Of a stretch of DNA of 64,000 nt, positions 49,251 through 59,726 are shown in pieces. The translations under genes were made by a program, and so were the position numbers. Below the pieces are notes generated by a model. The model saw nothing but the letters and a program-made list of their open reading frames with translations, had not been told where the DNA came from and made no database searches. This DNA is from Candidatus Poribacteria bacterium (GTDB taxonomy: Bacteria; Poribacteria; WGA-4E; WGA-3G): positions 4,928,001 to 4,992,000 of the forward strand of contig OZ240248.1 of NCBI GenBank assembly GCA_965198235.1. Direction: 5' to 3'. The first letter of the stretch is position 1. Every line of letters begins with the position of its first letter.

Positions 49251-50510
49251 ATGAACAAATCTGCTTTACGAAATCAGTTTTTTGATGGAGTATGCGCCAA
49301 ATGTATTAGCAGCCCAAAACTTTCTCTAAAAAGATTTATACTACTTTTGCTGAGTGTGTTACAACTTAGTCTTTCCGGACTTATTTCCGCTGCGGATTCC
49401 CCCACCGAAAATCCGACTATCGGAAACCCAGAGGCTACACCGAAAGATCCAAAACCCACGGAATTATCTACATATAAATTGCAAGTTGGTGACAGTTTTG
49501 TTGTCACCGTGGACGGCTACCCTGAATATAGCAAAGAGCGAGTCCCTGTGCCGGTTCAACAAGATGGCTATGTCTCTTATCCGCTGATTGGGCTCATCAA
49601 GGCAGCGACTCTCACGGTTTCTGAACTCGAAGCGCAGATGCAGTCCGCTTTTTCAAAGCATCTCCCGACAGCGCGCGTGTTTGTAACGCTCATGAAGCCG
49701 AAACGGACGATTCTTGTGTTCGGTGCTGTCCAGCTTCGCGCACGTGGGAACCTCCATGTGTTTGAAGTCGGGCAGGTGTATCTCCTTCAGGCACTCGCAT
49801 CCGCTGGAATCAACTATGAAGCTGCAGATCTTACGGACATTTCTATCTGGCGGGATGGGAAACTCTATAAAAAGATTGATTACCTTCAGCTCATCGGCGC
49901 AGGTGGTCCCGATGTCCCGTTGAAGGATCATGATACTATCTTTGTTCCGTCTGTCTTTCAGCAAAGACCGGTGCGTGTCATAGGTGCGGTGGTAGCCCCG
50001 GGTGTTTATCCCATAACCGCACCGCAGGTGCCGGCAAGTCAGGTATTGAAAATCGCGGGAGGTTCCAGAACTGATTTCGCAGACTTGCACAAATCAGAAA
50101 TCATCACCAGTAAAGAGCGCATTTTAGTCGATCTCGCTGCAGAGAATATTGAGACAACAATGGGACCCGGAGATACGTTGTATGTCCCGTTGGCGGAAGC
50201 GAAAATTAGTGTTACGGGGGCTGTCGAGAAACCGGGGCAATACGTGATTACTGAACCGGTGCTGCTCGGTCAAGCCATTGCGATGGCAGGTGGGTTCAAC
50301 GAGGAGAGGGCGAATCCCAAAAAATGCTTACTCACGCGGGCAGATGGGACAGAGAAAGAACTGAACTTCGATCAGATGCACTCGGGCGTTTACTTGAACC
50401 CGAAGGATCAGCTCAGAGTCCGTGAAAGAACACGTTTAGATTGGCGAGTCATCACCTTCGCAACATCTTTTGTGAACTTGCTTGTCACAGTCCTGCTCAG
50501 ATACAATTAA
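49251..50510 (+). CDS. Polysaccharide export protein (Wza/Poly_export + SLBB domains)
   Basis: YKLQVGD, DGYVSYPLIG and repeated V.GAV..PG.Y...AGG SLBB units. Confidence 0.85.
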   Translation: MNKSALRNQFFDGVCAKCISSPKLSLKRFILLLLSVLQLSLSGLISAADSPTENPTIGNPEATPKDPKPTELSTYKLQVGDSFVVTVDGYPEYSKERVPVPVQQDGYVSYPLIGLIKAATLTVSELEAQMQSAFSKHLPTARVFVTLMKPKRTILVFGAVQLRARGNLHVFEVGQVYLLQALASAGINYEAADLTDISIWRDGKLYKKIDYLQLIGAGGPDVPLKDHDTIFVPSVFQQRPVRVIGAVVAPGVYPITAPQVPASQVLKIAGGSRTDFADLHKSEIITSKERILVDLAAENIETTMGPGDTLYVPLAEAKISVTGAVEKPGQYVITEPVLLGQAIAMAGGFNEERANPKKCLLTRADGTEKELNFDQMHSGVYLNPKDQLRVRERTRLDWRVITFATSFVNLLVTVLLRYN

Positions 50511-50580
50511 TTTTGGGTCCTATGCGGCTGCAAAACACACCTACGAGGCATGAAAATAAGAAAACATAACGAGGTTAGAG

Positions 50581-52941
50581 ATGCCAGAGCCAACCGATAG
50601 GCACTTTGAAGAAATCAGAGAAATTCGATTATCAGACTATTTTTGGATCCTTTTTCGGAATAAATGGAGCGTCCTTCTCATTTTTTTCCTTTCCGTTTTC
50701 GTGGCGTTTCTCATAACCGACCTCACCCAGCCGGTTTACCCATCTGAAACAACCCTTCGAGTCTTAGACGGTCAACCAACTTCTTCGCTACTTTCGCAGT
50801 TGCCGCTACCTGGATTATTAGGCGGTCCATCTTTGGGTGCTTACGCGGCGCAGATACAATCGCGAGATCTCGTGATTGCACCGGCTATCCGTCGACTCAG
50901 AGAGGAAGGACTACTCGATCCATTGCCGGTTCATCGTGGGTGGGTTATCGTGTGGTTTGCGGATTTGTTGAATATTACACTTGCTCAGGATGCGACGGAA
51001 CAGGGCGAACTCACCCTCACTGAGTGGGAAGATTTCTTCGTCAAAACGCTTATTGACGAGGAGTTAAAGGTTGAAGAAACACCCGACGGAAGTGTAATTA
51101 CTGTTACTGTGACACAGCGGACACCGGAACGGGCACAGAACATAGCCAACAAAATTGGGGCTGTGTTTCAAGCGGCTGTCGAAGCGGAAGCCGCTGAAAA
51201 AATGCAGTGGTGGGAAAAGCCGCTCCCACAGACGATGTTGAATCAGACAAGGGATAGCCTCACGAAAGCTGAAGAGGCGTTCTTTAAATTTCAGCAAGAG
51301 TACCCGGAAATTACCTTGAATGCAGAGGGCGGAACACAAGCTCAAATCATTTTGGCACTTCAAGTGAAAGAAAATGAATTGATAGATCTCTTGGTGAGTG
51401 CTGAATTTAGACTGGGGATCTATCAGGCAGAGTTGGGGAACTTGTCACAGAATGTCGTTTCAGAAACAATTGCGCGGAACCCTTCGCATTCCAAACTGCA
51501 AGATAGTTTAAACGAGTATGAAATCGACCGGGCAGAACTTCTTGGCAAGTATGATGAAACGCATCCTGAAGTGGCGGCGATTGATGAAAAAATTAGAGAG
51601 ACAAGAACACGGCTTGATAAAGAAGAGAAAGAGATAAAGAGTACAACCGCTTCCTACAATCCGCTCCATCAGGCACTCACAGAAAAGGTGAATGAGGCGG
51701 AAGCAGCCATTGTCAGCCTAAAGAGACAGAAGGAAGAGGTCGCTGCCAAAATCGCTGCGCACCTTGAGAAACTCGGCAGCTGGTCCCCGACGCAATTGCA
51801 GTTTTATCGACTCAAACGGAATGTCGAAATTTATAACACACAAGTACTGGCTTTAGAAGCGAAGATGCGGGAGGCGGAAATTTTCGCACAGGCACGCACA
51901 GAGAGTATCAAAGTTTTAGATATGGCACGGGCACCCGAAGAACCGTTGAAGCCTCGCCTGAAACTGAATCTCGCTTTGGGTGCTATGGCAGGTATGCTGC
52001 TGGGCTTTACATTCGCTGTAGCGAAAAATTACTTCGACGATACATATCTCCGTTTAGAAGATGCAGTGCGTCAATTGGACGCACTGCCCGAATCGCCAAG
52101 TTTCCTTGGCGTACTTCCGTCCATCAAGAAGCGCAATACGTACCGACTTCCGCTAATTGTTCACGATGCTCCGCAATCAAGGTCGGCTGAGGCGTTTCGT
52201 GTCCTACAAGCGAAGCTGCCGTTTTTGAATCCAGGGGCACCCGTGAGAACAATTCTTGTTACAAGTGCTACTCGGGGCGAAGGGAAAAGCACGATCTCTT
52301 CAAATCTTGCCGTTGCTCTTGCGCAAAGGGGAAGTAGAGTATTATTAATTGATGCCGATATGCGCCGTCCCTCGCAGCACAACACTTTTCCGGGAGAGCA
52401 ACTGCCTCAAGCAGAAGGTGCAGTGGAGACATCTGACGCTGAATTTCCTATCGCGCACGTTGGGGCACGTAAACCTGGGTTGAGTGAAGCCCTTATCCAT
52501 TTAAACTCAGAAAATGGAGACGACATCCTCCAGGCAACAGTCAAGCAAACCGATATTCCTAATTTGCATCTCGTCCCGAGTGGCACTGTGCCACCAAATC
52601 CAATTGAACTTCTCAACTCGGAAATGATGACAGATTGGTTGGAACTTGCAAAATCGGAGTACGATGTGATTGTGATCGACTCGCCGCCGGTCCGTGCTGT
52701 TGCCGATCCGATGATTTTGGCAAACATCGTTGATGCCATCGTCTATGTGTTTGACATTACGAGGACCCGACGATTTGATATACTTACTGGAGTCCGACAT
52801 TTGACAGAAGCCTTTCCGATGAAAGGTATCGGTGTGCTTTGCAACATGATCAATCCGAGGCACGCCAAGTCCTATGGTTATTACAGTCGCCACGGCAACT
52901 ACTATGGGCTCGTAGATGAGGACAGCGAAACCGAATCATAA
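50581..52941 (+). CDS. wzc: Polysaccharide co-polymerase / BY-kinase (Wzc/GumC)
   Basis: Two TMs with a coiled coil; GEGKST, IDADMRRP and IDSPP; Tyr cluster YGYYSRHGNYY. Confidence 0.9.
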   Translation: MPEPTDRHFEEIREIRLSDYFWILFRNKWSVLLIFFLSVFVAFLITDLTQPVYPSETTLRVLDGQPTSSLLSQLPLPGLLGGPSLGAYAAQIQSRDLVIAPAIRRLREEGLLDPLPVHRGWVIVWFADLLNITLAQDATEQGELTLTEWEDFFVKTLIDEELKVEETPDGSVITVTVTQRTPERAQNIANKIGAVFQAAVEAEAAEKMQWWEKPLPQTMLNQTRDSLTKAEEAFFKFQQEYPEITLNAEGGTQAQIILALQVKENELIDLLVSAEFRLGIYQAELGNLSQNVVSETIARNPSHSKLQDSLNEYEIDRAELLGKYDETHPEVAAIDEKIRETRTRLDKEEKEIKSTTASYNPLHQALTEKVNEAEAAIVSLKRQKEEVAAKIAAHLEKLGSWSPTQLQFYRLKRNVEIYNTQVLALEAKMREAEIFAQARTESIKVLDMARAPEEPLKPRLKLNLALGAMAGMLLGFTFAVAKNYFDDTYLRLEDAVRQLDALPESPSFLGVLPSIKKRNTYRLPLIVHDAPQSRSAEAFRVLQAKLPFLNPGAPVRTILVTSATRGEGKSTISSNLAVALAQRGSRVLLIDADMRRPSQHNTFPGEQLPQAEGAVETSDAEFPIAHVGARKPGLSEALIHLNSENGDDILQATVKQTDIPNLHLVPSGTVPPNPIELLNSEMMTDWLELAKSEYDVIVIDSPPVRAVADPMILANIVDAIVYVFDITRTRRFDILTGVRHLTEAFPMKGIGVLCNMINPRHAKSYGYYSRHGNYYGLVDEDSETES

Positions 52942-52989
52942 GTGAAAGGGATTTATAAGGAGAGGGTTCGCAGCACCGTTCCCAGAAGC

Positions 52990-53832
52990 CTACGATTGCA
53001 TCTTTCCTAAACTCGCAGGTGGACGTGATGTCCCTACCAACCCTGCAAGGACAACCATTGTTAAGATATACGGCAAACTGTTTAACAATTGTACTGGAAT
53101 GTCCCATCGGTTCGCGAGTTCCAAAGCAGTGGCAAATCCGAAGAGGAAGCATGCTGCGATGCCGCTCAATGGACGCCAATTTCCGAAGATGATAGCCGCG
53201 AGTGCGAGATAGCCACGTCCTGCTGTCATCCCTTTTGTGAAATAATGAACCTCAGATGCTAAAAAACAGCCGCCGATTCCTGCCAAGATGCCGCTTAGCA
53301 CAACCCCGATATATTGCCATTTCGCCCGACTCAGGCTGAGTGCTGCAAGTGCCTCTGTTGATTCACCCGCTGCACGCAATCGCAAACCCCACGGGGTTTT
53401 AAACAGGAGGATGTGACTCGCCACCATCAACACCGGCAGCACGTAGACGACGAAACTGTACGAACCGATAAATGGCACCTTCCAGTGCGGAAGACCGCCT
53501 ACTTGTTCAGTAGCCGGTAGGAGGTATTCTGTAATTCCTAACGCTAAGATGTTGATACCGACACCTGTGACGATCTGTTCCGCGTGAAAAGTAACCGTTG
53601 CGATAGCGTGTAGTAGGGCTAATAGTAACCCAAAGCCCACCCCTACGAGCAATCCGATCCATACTGAACCCGAAGCCTGTGTCCCGATAACATAACCGAA
53701 AGCCCCAATGAGCATCATACCTTCAAGAGCGAGGTTAATGACCCCGGCGCGCTCCGAATAAATCCCGCCGAGTGCGGCGAACCCCAGCGGTGTCGCCATT
53801 CGCAAAGTACTTGGAATCAGTTCAAAAATCAT
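52990..53832 (-). CDS. Nucleoside/sugar ABC permease (YufQ/NupC-like)
   Basis: SERAGVINLALEG, GLRLRAAGE and GRGYLALAA. Confidence 0.88.
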   Translation of the reverse strand: MIFELIPSTLRMATPLGFAALGGIYSERAGVINLALEGMMLIGAFGYVIGTQASGSVWIGLLVGVGFGLLLALLHAIATVTFHAEQIVTGVGINILALGITEYLLPATEQVGGLPHWKVPFIGSYSFVVYVLPVLMVASHILLFKTPWGLRLRAAGESTEALAALSLSRAKWQYIGVVLSGILAGIGGCFLASEVHYFTKGMTAGRGYLALAAIIFGNWRPLSGIAACFLFGFATALELANRWDIPVQLLNSLPYILTMVVLAGLVGTSRPPASLGKMQS

Positions 53833-53916
53833 AATATTTCATAGTGAGGTCATCAGCACATAAGGGTAGATTTCACCAGAAACCATCGTGAAACGTAGTG
53901 GAACGATGACCAGATT

Positions 53917-55038
53917 CTAATCGTTAGAAAATCGTGAGATGCTTTCTATGCTAACTAACCAGATAATTAGCATGCCTTGACCTGCAAGAAATAAACCGCG
54001 CGGGATTCCCAGCAGAATGTCGATATCCAAGGCGACCTTGTTCAGCAATCCGAACAGAATAGCTGCAGCCAAAATGCCGAAAGAATTGTTTTTGCCCAAA
54101 AGTGCAACTGCAATTCCGGTGAATCCCCACCCGGATGAGAAATTATCCAAAAACCGGTGGCGGTATCCCATGACCTCAGCCACACCTGCTAATCCGGCGA
54201 CCGAACCGCTCAATGCCATCACCCATATAGTCACTGTGCTGGGGTTTATCCCGCCGTAAGCAGCAGCATCTCGCGCATTGCCTACCAAGCGAAGTTCATA
54301 TCCCCAACGGGTATATGTTAAGAAGATATAACAACATACAGTACACCCACAAGCGAGCAGGAAGCTCACGTTTAGCGGATTGCTCCGTGGAAGAACGGGG
54401 AGCAAAGATGCCAATCTTGGGAGCCGTGCCGCTTCATGAATCTGTTGTGTTTGTGGAATCATCTGACCCGGTTCTTGGTAGACGGACGTAACAAGGTAGT
54501 TCATGAGAGCGAATGCAATGAAGTTCATCATAATGGTGTTGATAACTTCATGGGCACCGTATCTCGCCTTTAAGAATCCCGGGATCGCACCCCATCCAGC
54601 ACCGGCAATCATTGCACCACCTATACAGAAAGGGATCAGCAGAAAAGGGGGAAGGTCCAGGTGTATGCCTATCCACGCGGCAGCGAACGCTGCGATATAG
54701 AGTTGCCCTTCGCAACCGATATTAAACAGTCCGCTTTTGTAGCCGATAGCAACAGCGAGTCCTGTAAATATAAGTGGAGTTGCGTTAAACAGGACATAGC
54801 CGAAATCGTCAAAACTTGAGAACCCACTCACAAGGATAACACTATAGAATTCCAATGGATCCTGCCCGCGTATCTGAAGCACAAGCCCACACAAAAGAAA
54901 AAATCCAGCAAGCGCAAGGAGTGACGGTATAAAATTAACGAACAAATGTTTGGCTTGGGATGCTCTGTTCCGCAACAGGGAGGCGAACACTTTTTGAATA
55001 TTCAAGGTTTTCTTGATGTCTCTACTGAAATTTGACAA
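53917..55038 (-). CDS. Nucleoside/sugar ABC permease (YufP/NupB-like)
   Basis: GLFNIGCEGQ, HEVINTIMMN and GFTGIAVALLG; start uncertain. Confidence 0.88.
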   Translation of the reverse strand: MSNFSRDIKKTLNIQKVFASLLRNRASQAKHLFVNFIPSLLALAGFFLLCGLVLQIRGQDPLEFYSVILVSGFSSFDDFGYVLFNATPLIFTGLAVAIGYKSGLFNIGCEGQLYIAAFAAAWIGIHLDLPPFLLIPFCIGGAMIAGAGWGAIPGFLKARYGAHEVINTIMMNFIAFALMNYLVTSVYQEPGQMIPQTQQIHEAARLPRLASLLPVLPRSNPLNVSFLLACGCTVCCYIFLTYTRWGYELRLVGNARDAAAYGGINPSTVTIWVMALSGSVAGLAGVAEVMGYRHRFLDNFSSGWGFTGIAVALLGKNNSFGILAAAILFGLLNKVALDIDILLGIPRGLFLAGQGMLIIWLVSIESISRFSND

Positions 55039-55159
55039 AAAGCCTCAAAACATGTTATTATACGTGATATTAAGTCTATCAGCAACATACCCGTTAGTAT
55101 AGCACAGATGTCGGATTAAAACAATTCACCGGTTAAAAGAAAGGCAGCAACGATTCCCC

Positions 55160-56575
55160 ATGCAGAGAAACAGAGCGAAACTTTCTCATCTTGAAAATGA
55201 AATCACCCCAACCGATCTTCCTGCTGTTTTAGGTGGAACACCAGTCTTTGAAAAAACGCCTGATGCACCCTATCCGAAGTTGGAACAGTGGAGCCAGATG
55301 ACAGAAGAAGAGGCTCAGGTTGTTTACGAAATGACGCTTCGGAACGAACTCTCTGGCGTATCCCCGACTGTTCAAGAATTTGAGCGAACTTGGCGTGAAC
55401 GCCACCAGACCCGATTTGCATTGAGTCTTACCAACGGTACAGCGGCACTACACAGCGCAATGTTTGGACTGGGTGTCGGTCCGGGTGATGAAGTTATCTG
55501 TCCGACCTATACGTGGATGGGATCAATTACACCAGCGTTGACGCTAATGGCAAAGCCTGTTTTCTGTGAAGTGGATCCGAGGACATTGTTAATTGATGTT
55601 GCTGATGTTCGACAGTGTATTACACCCCGAACCAAGGCAATTGTGGCGGTGCATCTGTGGGGCAATGTGTGTGACATGGATGCCCTCATGACACTCAGTG
55701 CAGAGACAGGCGTGCCGGTCATAGAGGATTGTTCTCACGCACATGGTGCCTCTTACAAAGGTGTACCATGTGGCAGCATCGGACAGGCAGGTGCGTGGAG
55801 TTTGCAAGGCAGTAAACCCATTAGTGGTGGCGAAGGTGGAATGCTTGCTACCAACGATGTAGCAGTTTTTGAGAGGGCTTGTCTACTCGGACAAGTCAAT
55901 CGTCCTGCTAACGTTGTCGGAGAAACAGTAGAAGGACTGCGCTATACGCATCTCCCGCCGATGGGGCTTGGTGTTAAATTTCGTGCACATCCGCTTGCTA
56001 TCGGTATTGCTTCGGTGCAGCTGAAGAAACTTGATAAACTCAATGCAAACCGCCGTGCCTTTATACAGGAAATCTCCGACGGGTTGCGGGAGATTGCGGG
56101 TGTTTCTCCTATTGAAACCTATGAAGGTGTTGAGTCAGCCGGATTTTTTGGATTTCCTATCCACTATCACGAGGACGAGATGCATGGGCTGCCGGCACCT
56201 GTGTTCGCTGACACCCTCCGAAAAGAGGGGGTTTTGGCAAATAACAATCCGTACCCACTTGTCGTTGGCGATGGTGTGCCTGTATTTTCAGGGAGCATGC
56301 CGACAAATAGCAATCCGTATCCACTTCTACATACCTTACCGCTCTTCACACACGGACTTGATATGTACATGGACGGTCGCGGTGCCCTCTGCACCAATGA
56401 TATGGGTGGAGAGTTTGAAACCTATGCGCCAGGGGATTTGCCTGTGACTGAAAAAGCTTGTTCGCAGCTTATATTTTTACCGTTGTTGACAGAACCCGTA
56501 ACAGGTGCCGTGTCGGGAATTTTGGATGCTATTCGCAAAGTCTCTTTACACAGCCATCTGATAAATGGTCTCTAA
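55160..56575 (+). CDS. DegT/DnrJ/EryC1/StrS aminotransferase
   Basis: NGTAALH, GPGDEVI, IEDCSHAHGA and SLQGSK.ISGGEGG. Confidence 0.9.
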   Translation: MQRNRAKLSHLENEITPTDLPAVLGGTPVFEKTPDAPYPKLEQWSQMTEEEAQVVYEMTLRNELSGVSPTVQEFERTWRERHQTRFALSLTNGTAALHSAMFGLGVGPGDEVICPTYTWMGSITPALTLMAKPVFCEVDPRTLLIDVADVRQCITPRTKAIVAVHLWGNVCDMDALMTLSAETGVPVIEDCSHAHGASYKGVPCGSIGQAGAWSLQGSKPISGGEGGMLATNDVAVFERACLLGQVNRPANVVGETVEGLRYTHLPPMGLGVKFRAHPLAIGIASVQLKKLDKLNANRRAFIQEISDGLREIAGVSPIETYEGVESAGFFGFPIHYHEDEMHGLPAPVFADTLRKEGVLANNNPYPLVVGDGVPVFSGSMPTNSNPYPLLHTLPLFTHGLDMYMDGRGALCTNDMGGEFETYAPGDLPVTEKACSQLIFLPLLTEPVTGAVSGILDAIRKVSLHSHLINGL

Positions 56576-56715
56576 CGATTGCTCCTGGGCACTGTTCCAC
56601 TACGTTTCGCAGTGGTTTTTGGTTAACCCGCTCCAGGTGCTCAAAGGGTTCCTGACCTTGCCGGTTACCATCGTGGAATGTAATAGAACGATGCTCATAT
56701 TCAATAAATTAAAAT

Positions 56716-58380
56716 ATGCCAACGGAATTTTCAGCTCGAACTCGCGCCCAGAATATAGAAATCTTCAAGACTGAACCGTTAGATGTTTTAGTTATCGGTG
56801 GTGGTATCGTCGGTGCGGGTTTAATCCGGGACCTTGCGCTCAACGGTGGCATCAAAGCGGGCTTGATTGAACAAGGCGATTTTGCAAATGGAACGAGTAG
56901 TGCTACCTCACAACTCGTCCATGGTGGATTTCGCTATCTGCTCAAGCGCGATATTGAACTCGTCAAAAAGGCACGTCGGGAGCGTGAAATCCTCCGCCGG
57001 ATCGCGCCGAATCTCATCAAACCGATCCCGTTAGCACTTCTTTGCTACAAAGGCGATCCGTATCCGTTGACAGGCATGCAACTCGCTGCGCATTACTACA
57101 ATTGTCTCTCTAAAACAGATGAAAAGGAGAAGTCAATAGCGATTCGCGATGTACGAAAGATACAGCATCTTGTCGGACCTATTGCCACAAATGCCTTAAA
57201 GGGGTGTGTCCTTTTATGGGATAGCACTGTTGACGATGCGCGATTGACACTCGCAACACTCAAAGATGCCCATCGACACGGGGCTATTGTTGCAAACTAC
57301 GTACGTTTTCATGATTTTGTCGTTCAATCGGAGACTGTTAATGCCAAGAACCGGATGTACAGGATAGTCGCTGAGGATGTTATTACCGGACAGCGTTTTG
57401 AGATTTCGGCTCGGAAAATAGTATCCGCAACGGGACCCTGGAGCGATCATGTATGGCGTAAAGATCCGAGTTACGACGGGACATCGCGCTTGTTGATGGA
57501 AAACGCGAAAGGCATCCATCTCCTCTTACCGCGCTGTGGAAAAGCGGACGACGCTGGTACTTACGGTCTGATAACCTTCACGCAGATGGAAAAGCAGCAT
57601 AGACGGAACCCGCGAGTTATTTTTATTCTACCTGGTGCCCATAATACCTCCATTGTTGGTACCACTGAAACAACACCAGAAGAGGAATTGGCATCAGTCC
57701 GCCCATCAGCGAATGAGGTGACGTATCTGCTCTCGGAAGCCCAGCGAATTTTCCCGAAAAAAACGCTCAATCGAGATGCCATTATCGCTGCCTATGCTGG
57801 TACCCGTCCGCTCATCGCATCAAATCGACATCTACGAGGGTTCGCAAGAACCGGTTTTGTTTCGAGGGAGCATTTGATTACAGAGAGCCCAAGCGGGATA
57901 ATGTATCTCTATGGTGGAAAACTCACCACACACCGCCAGATGGCGGAAGAGACCGTGAACCACCTTGCCGCATTTCTAAACGTCCCCCGCTCCTGTAAGA
58001 CTGCCACTTATCCATTGCCGAATGCAGCTGGGGAGGCATCGGGTGCTGATGCGGAGCGTCTCGTTAAGCGATATGGCGAAGGGTATAGCACGATTCAAAA
58101 ATTCATCACCGAGGATGCGACGCTTGGGGAGCCAGTAACACCATCTCTTCCGTTCACGAAAGCTGAACTTCTCTATGCATATTGGGGTGAAATGGCGATC
58201 ACGCTTGAGGATCTCCTCTGGCGACGCACCCGAATCGGTTGGACACCGGGTCAAGGTGTCGATATAGCCCCCAAAATAGCACAATTCTTGGGTGAGAAAA
58301 ACAATTGGAATGATACCAGAATCGCAGCAGAGGTCGAGACATATCGTGAACGTATCCGTTGGTTAAATTTTAATTTTTAA
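56716..58380 (+). CDS. glpD: FAD-dependent glycerol-3-phosphate dehydrogenase/oxidase
   Basis: IGGGIVG, GTSS.TSQLVHGGFRYL, DDARL, GTTE, SREH, GGKLTT and RRTR. Confidence 0.88.
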   Translation: MPTEFSARTRAQNIEIFKTEPLDVLVIGGGIVGAGLIRDLALNGGIKAGLIEQGDFANGTSSATSQLVHGGFRYLLKRDIELVKKARREREILRRIAPNLIKPIPLALLCYKGDPYPLTGMQLAAHYYNCLSKTDEKEKSIAIRDVRKIQHLVGPIATNALKGCVLLWDSTVDDARLTLATLKDAHRHGAIVANYVRFHDFVVQSETVNAKNRMYRIVAEDVITGQRFEISARKIVSATGPWSDHVWRKDPSYDGTSRLLMENAKGIHLLLPRCGKADDAGTYGLITFTQMEKQHRRNPRVIFILPGAHNTSIVGTTETTPEEELASVRPSANEVTYLLSEAQRIFPKKTLNRDAIIAAYAGTRPLIASNRHLRGFARTGFVSREHLITESPSGIMYLYGGKLTTHRQMAEETVNHLAAFLNVPRSCKTATYPLPNAAGEASGADAERLVKRYGEGYSTIQKFITEDATLGEPVTPSLPFTKAELLYAYWGEMAITLEDLLWRRTRIGWTPGQGVDIAPKIAQFLGEKNNWNDTRIAAEVETYRERIRWLNFNF

Positions 58381-58625
58381 ATAATGCACACCTGGATGCA
58401 GTTCCACTTCGTTTCACTGCGGTTTTCGGTGAATTCCAACCTGATTCAGGTGCTGAAAGGTTTTTTAACTTATTAAATCTGAGCATCGTTCCACTACGTT
58501 CCACGATGGTTCCTGGAGAAGTCGAGAACTTGCTTTAGGTTTTAAAAGGTTAATAACTTTAACGGAACCCTGTGCGAAACGAAGTGGAGCACAGCTCAGA
58601 TTCCAATAGCTAGAAAATTAGAAAA

Positions 58626-59618
58626 ATGGAAGTTTATCGTTGGGAAGACAGGAAATTTGGGAAACTTGAACCTTTGCGTTTTGGCGAGGAACGCGACTTC
58701 GAGGATCTACTCGAAAAGGATGCAACGCTGGTCCTTGGTGAACCTCTTTGCGTTATCAGCAGGCAACCACCTCTTAGCACATCAAAACAGAAGATTGATC
58801 TGCTCGCGCTCGACAGACAGGGCAATTGTGTGATTATTGAACTCAAGCGTGGAAAACCCTCTCGGACAGCAATCACACAAATTTTAGAGTATGCCGCTGG
58901 GATTTCTCAACTTTCTTTTATAGAGTTGGAGACACTCGCGTATCGCTGGTGCCAACAACAGGGTAAAGAGTTTTCCTCCCTTACTGCCCTACACAGTGAA
59001 TTCTTTGGATATGAACCCGGCGATATTCGCAAGTCGGCATTCAATCAAAGACAGCGGTTGGTGCTGGTTTCCGAGGGAGTAGACGCTCGCGTCTTAGAGG
59101 TCGCAGAATATCTACGGGCTCTGGGGCTTGATCTCACCTATATCTCTTATTTTTCCTACCACGCCCCTGATGAAATCTTGGTCGCAACCGAGACCGTTCT
59201 GGGTGGGAAACTCGTCAAAGAGGAAGAGCGAAGTTATGGACACACCACTCAGCAATTTATGACCCTCGTATTGTTCATTGAGATGCTACAGGAGAATGAG
59301 GAACTCTCGCAAATTGCCCATGAATTTTTGGAATATATCGAGGCGTGTGGGGCGACGCTTCGACCTCGCATCGCGAAACTCAGGATGACTTTCGGGGGGC
59401 ACTGGTGGCTCGACACGTATCCCTCAAGAAGGGCGACCCACTTCCGGGTTGATGTCCACGGCGACTTCACACCGCTCCATATTGTTGAGTGCAGAGCCAA
59501 TTTGCCCAATGTAACAGTCAAGAATTTCGGTATCTCTTTTAACATCGCTTCCAAAGCCCATCTTGACTATGCGATTGAGATTTTTGAACGCGTCCGGAAC
59601 TCTATCCTATCTGCATAG
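58626..59618 (+). CDS. NucS/DUF91-like PD-(D/E)XK endonuclease
   Basis: E..FED.L, IDLLALD..G..VIIELKR and QILEYA. Confidence 0.75.
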   Translation: MEVYRWEDRKFGKLEPLRFGEERDFEDLLEKDATLVLGEPLCVISRQPPLSTSKQKIDLLALDRQGNCVIIELKRGKPSRTAITQILEYAAGISQLSFIELETLAYRWCQQQGKEFSSLTALHSEFFGYEPGDIRKSAFNQRQRLVLVSEGVDARVLEVAEYLRALGLDLTYISYFSYHAPDEILVATETVLGGKLVKEEERSYGHTTQQFMTLVLFIEMLQENEELSQIAHEFLEYIEACGATLRPRIAKLRMTFGGHWWLDTYPSRRATHFRVDVHGDFTPLHIVECRANLPNVTVKNFGISFNIASKAHLDYAIEIFERVRNSILSA

Positions 59619-59726
59619 TTCAAAAATCAGAGGGCCCCGACAACGGATGCACCTATTTAAAAAGCGTACATATCCTTAATCGCGTTGGACTTCACGGAAA
59701 ACCATCGTGAAACGAAATAGTTAAAA

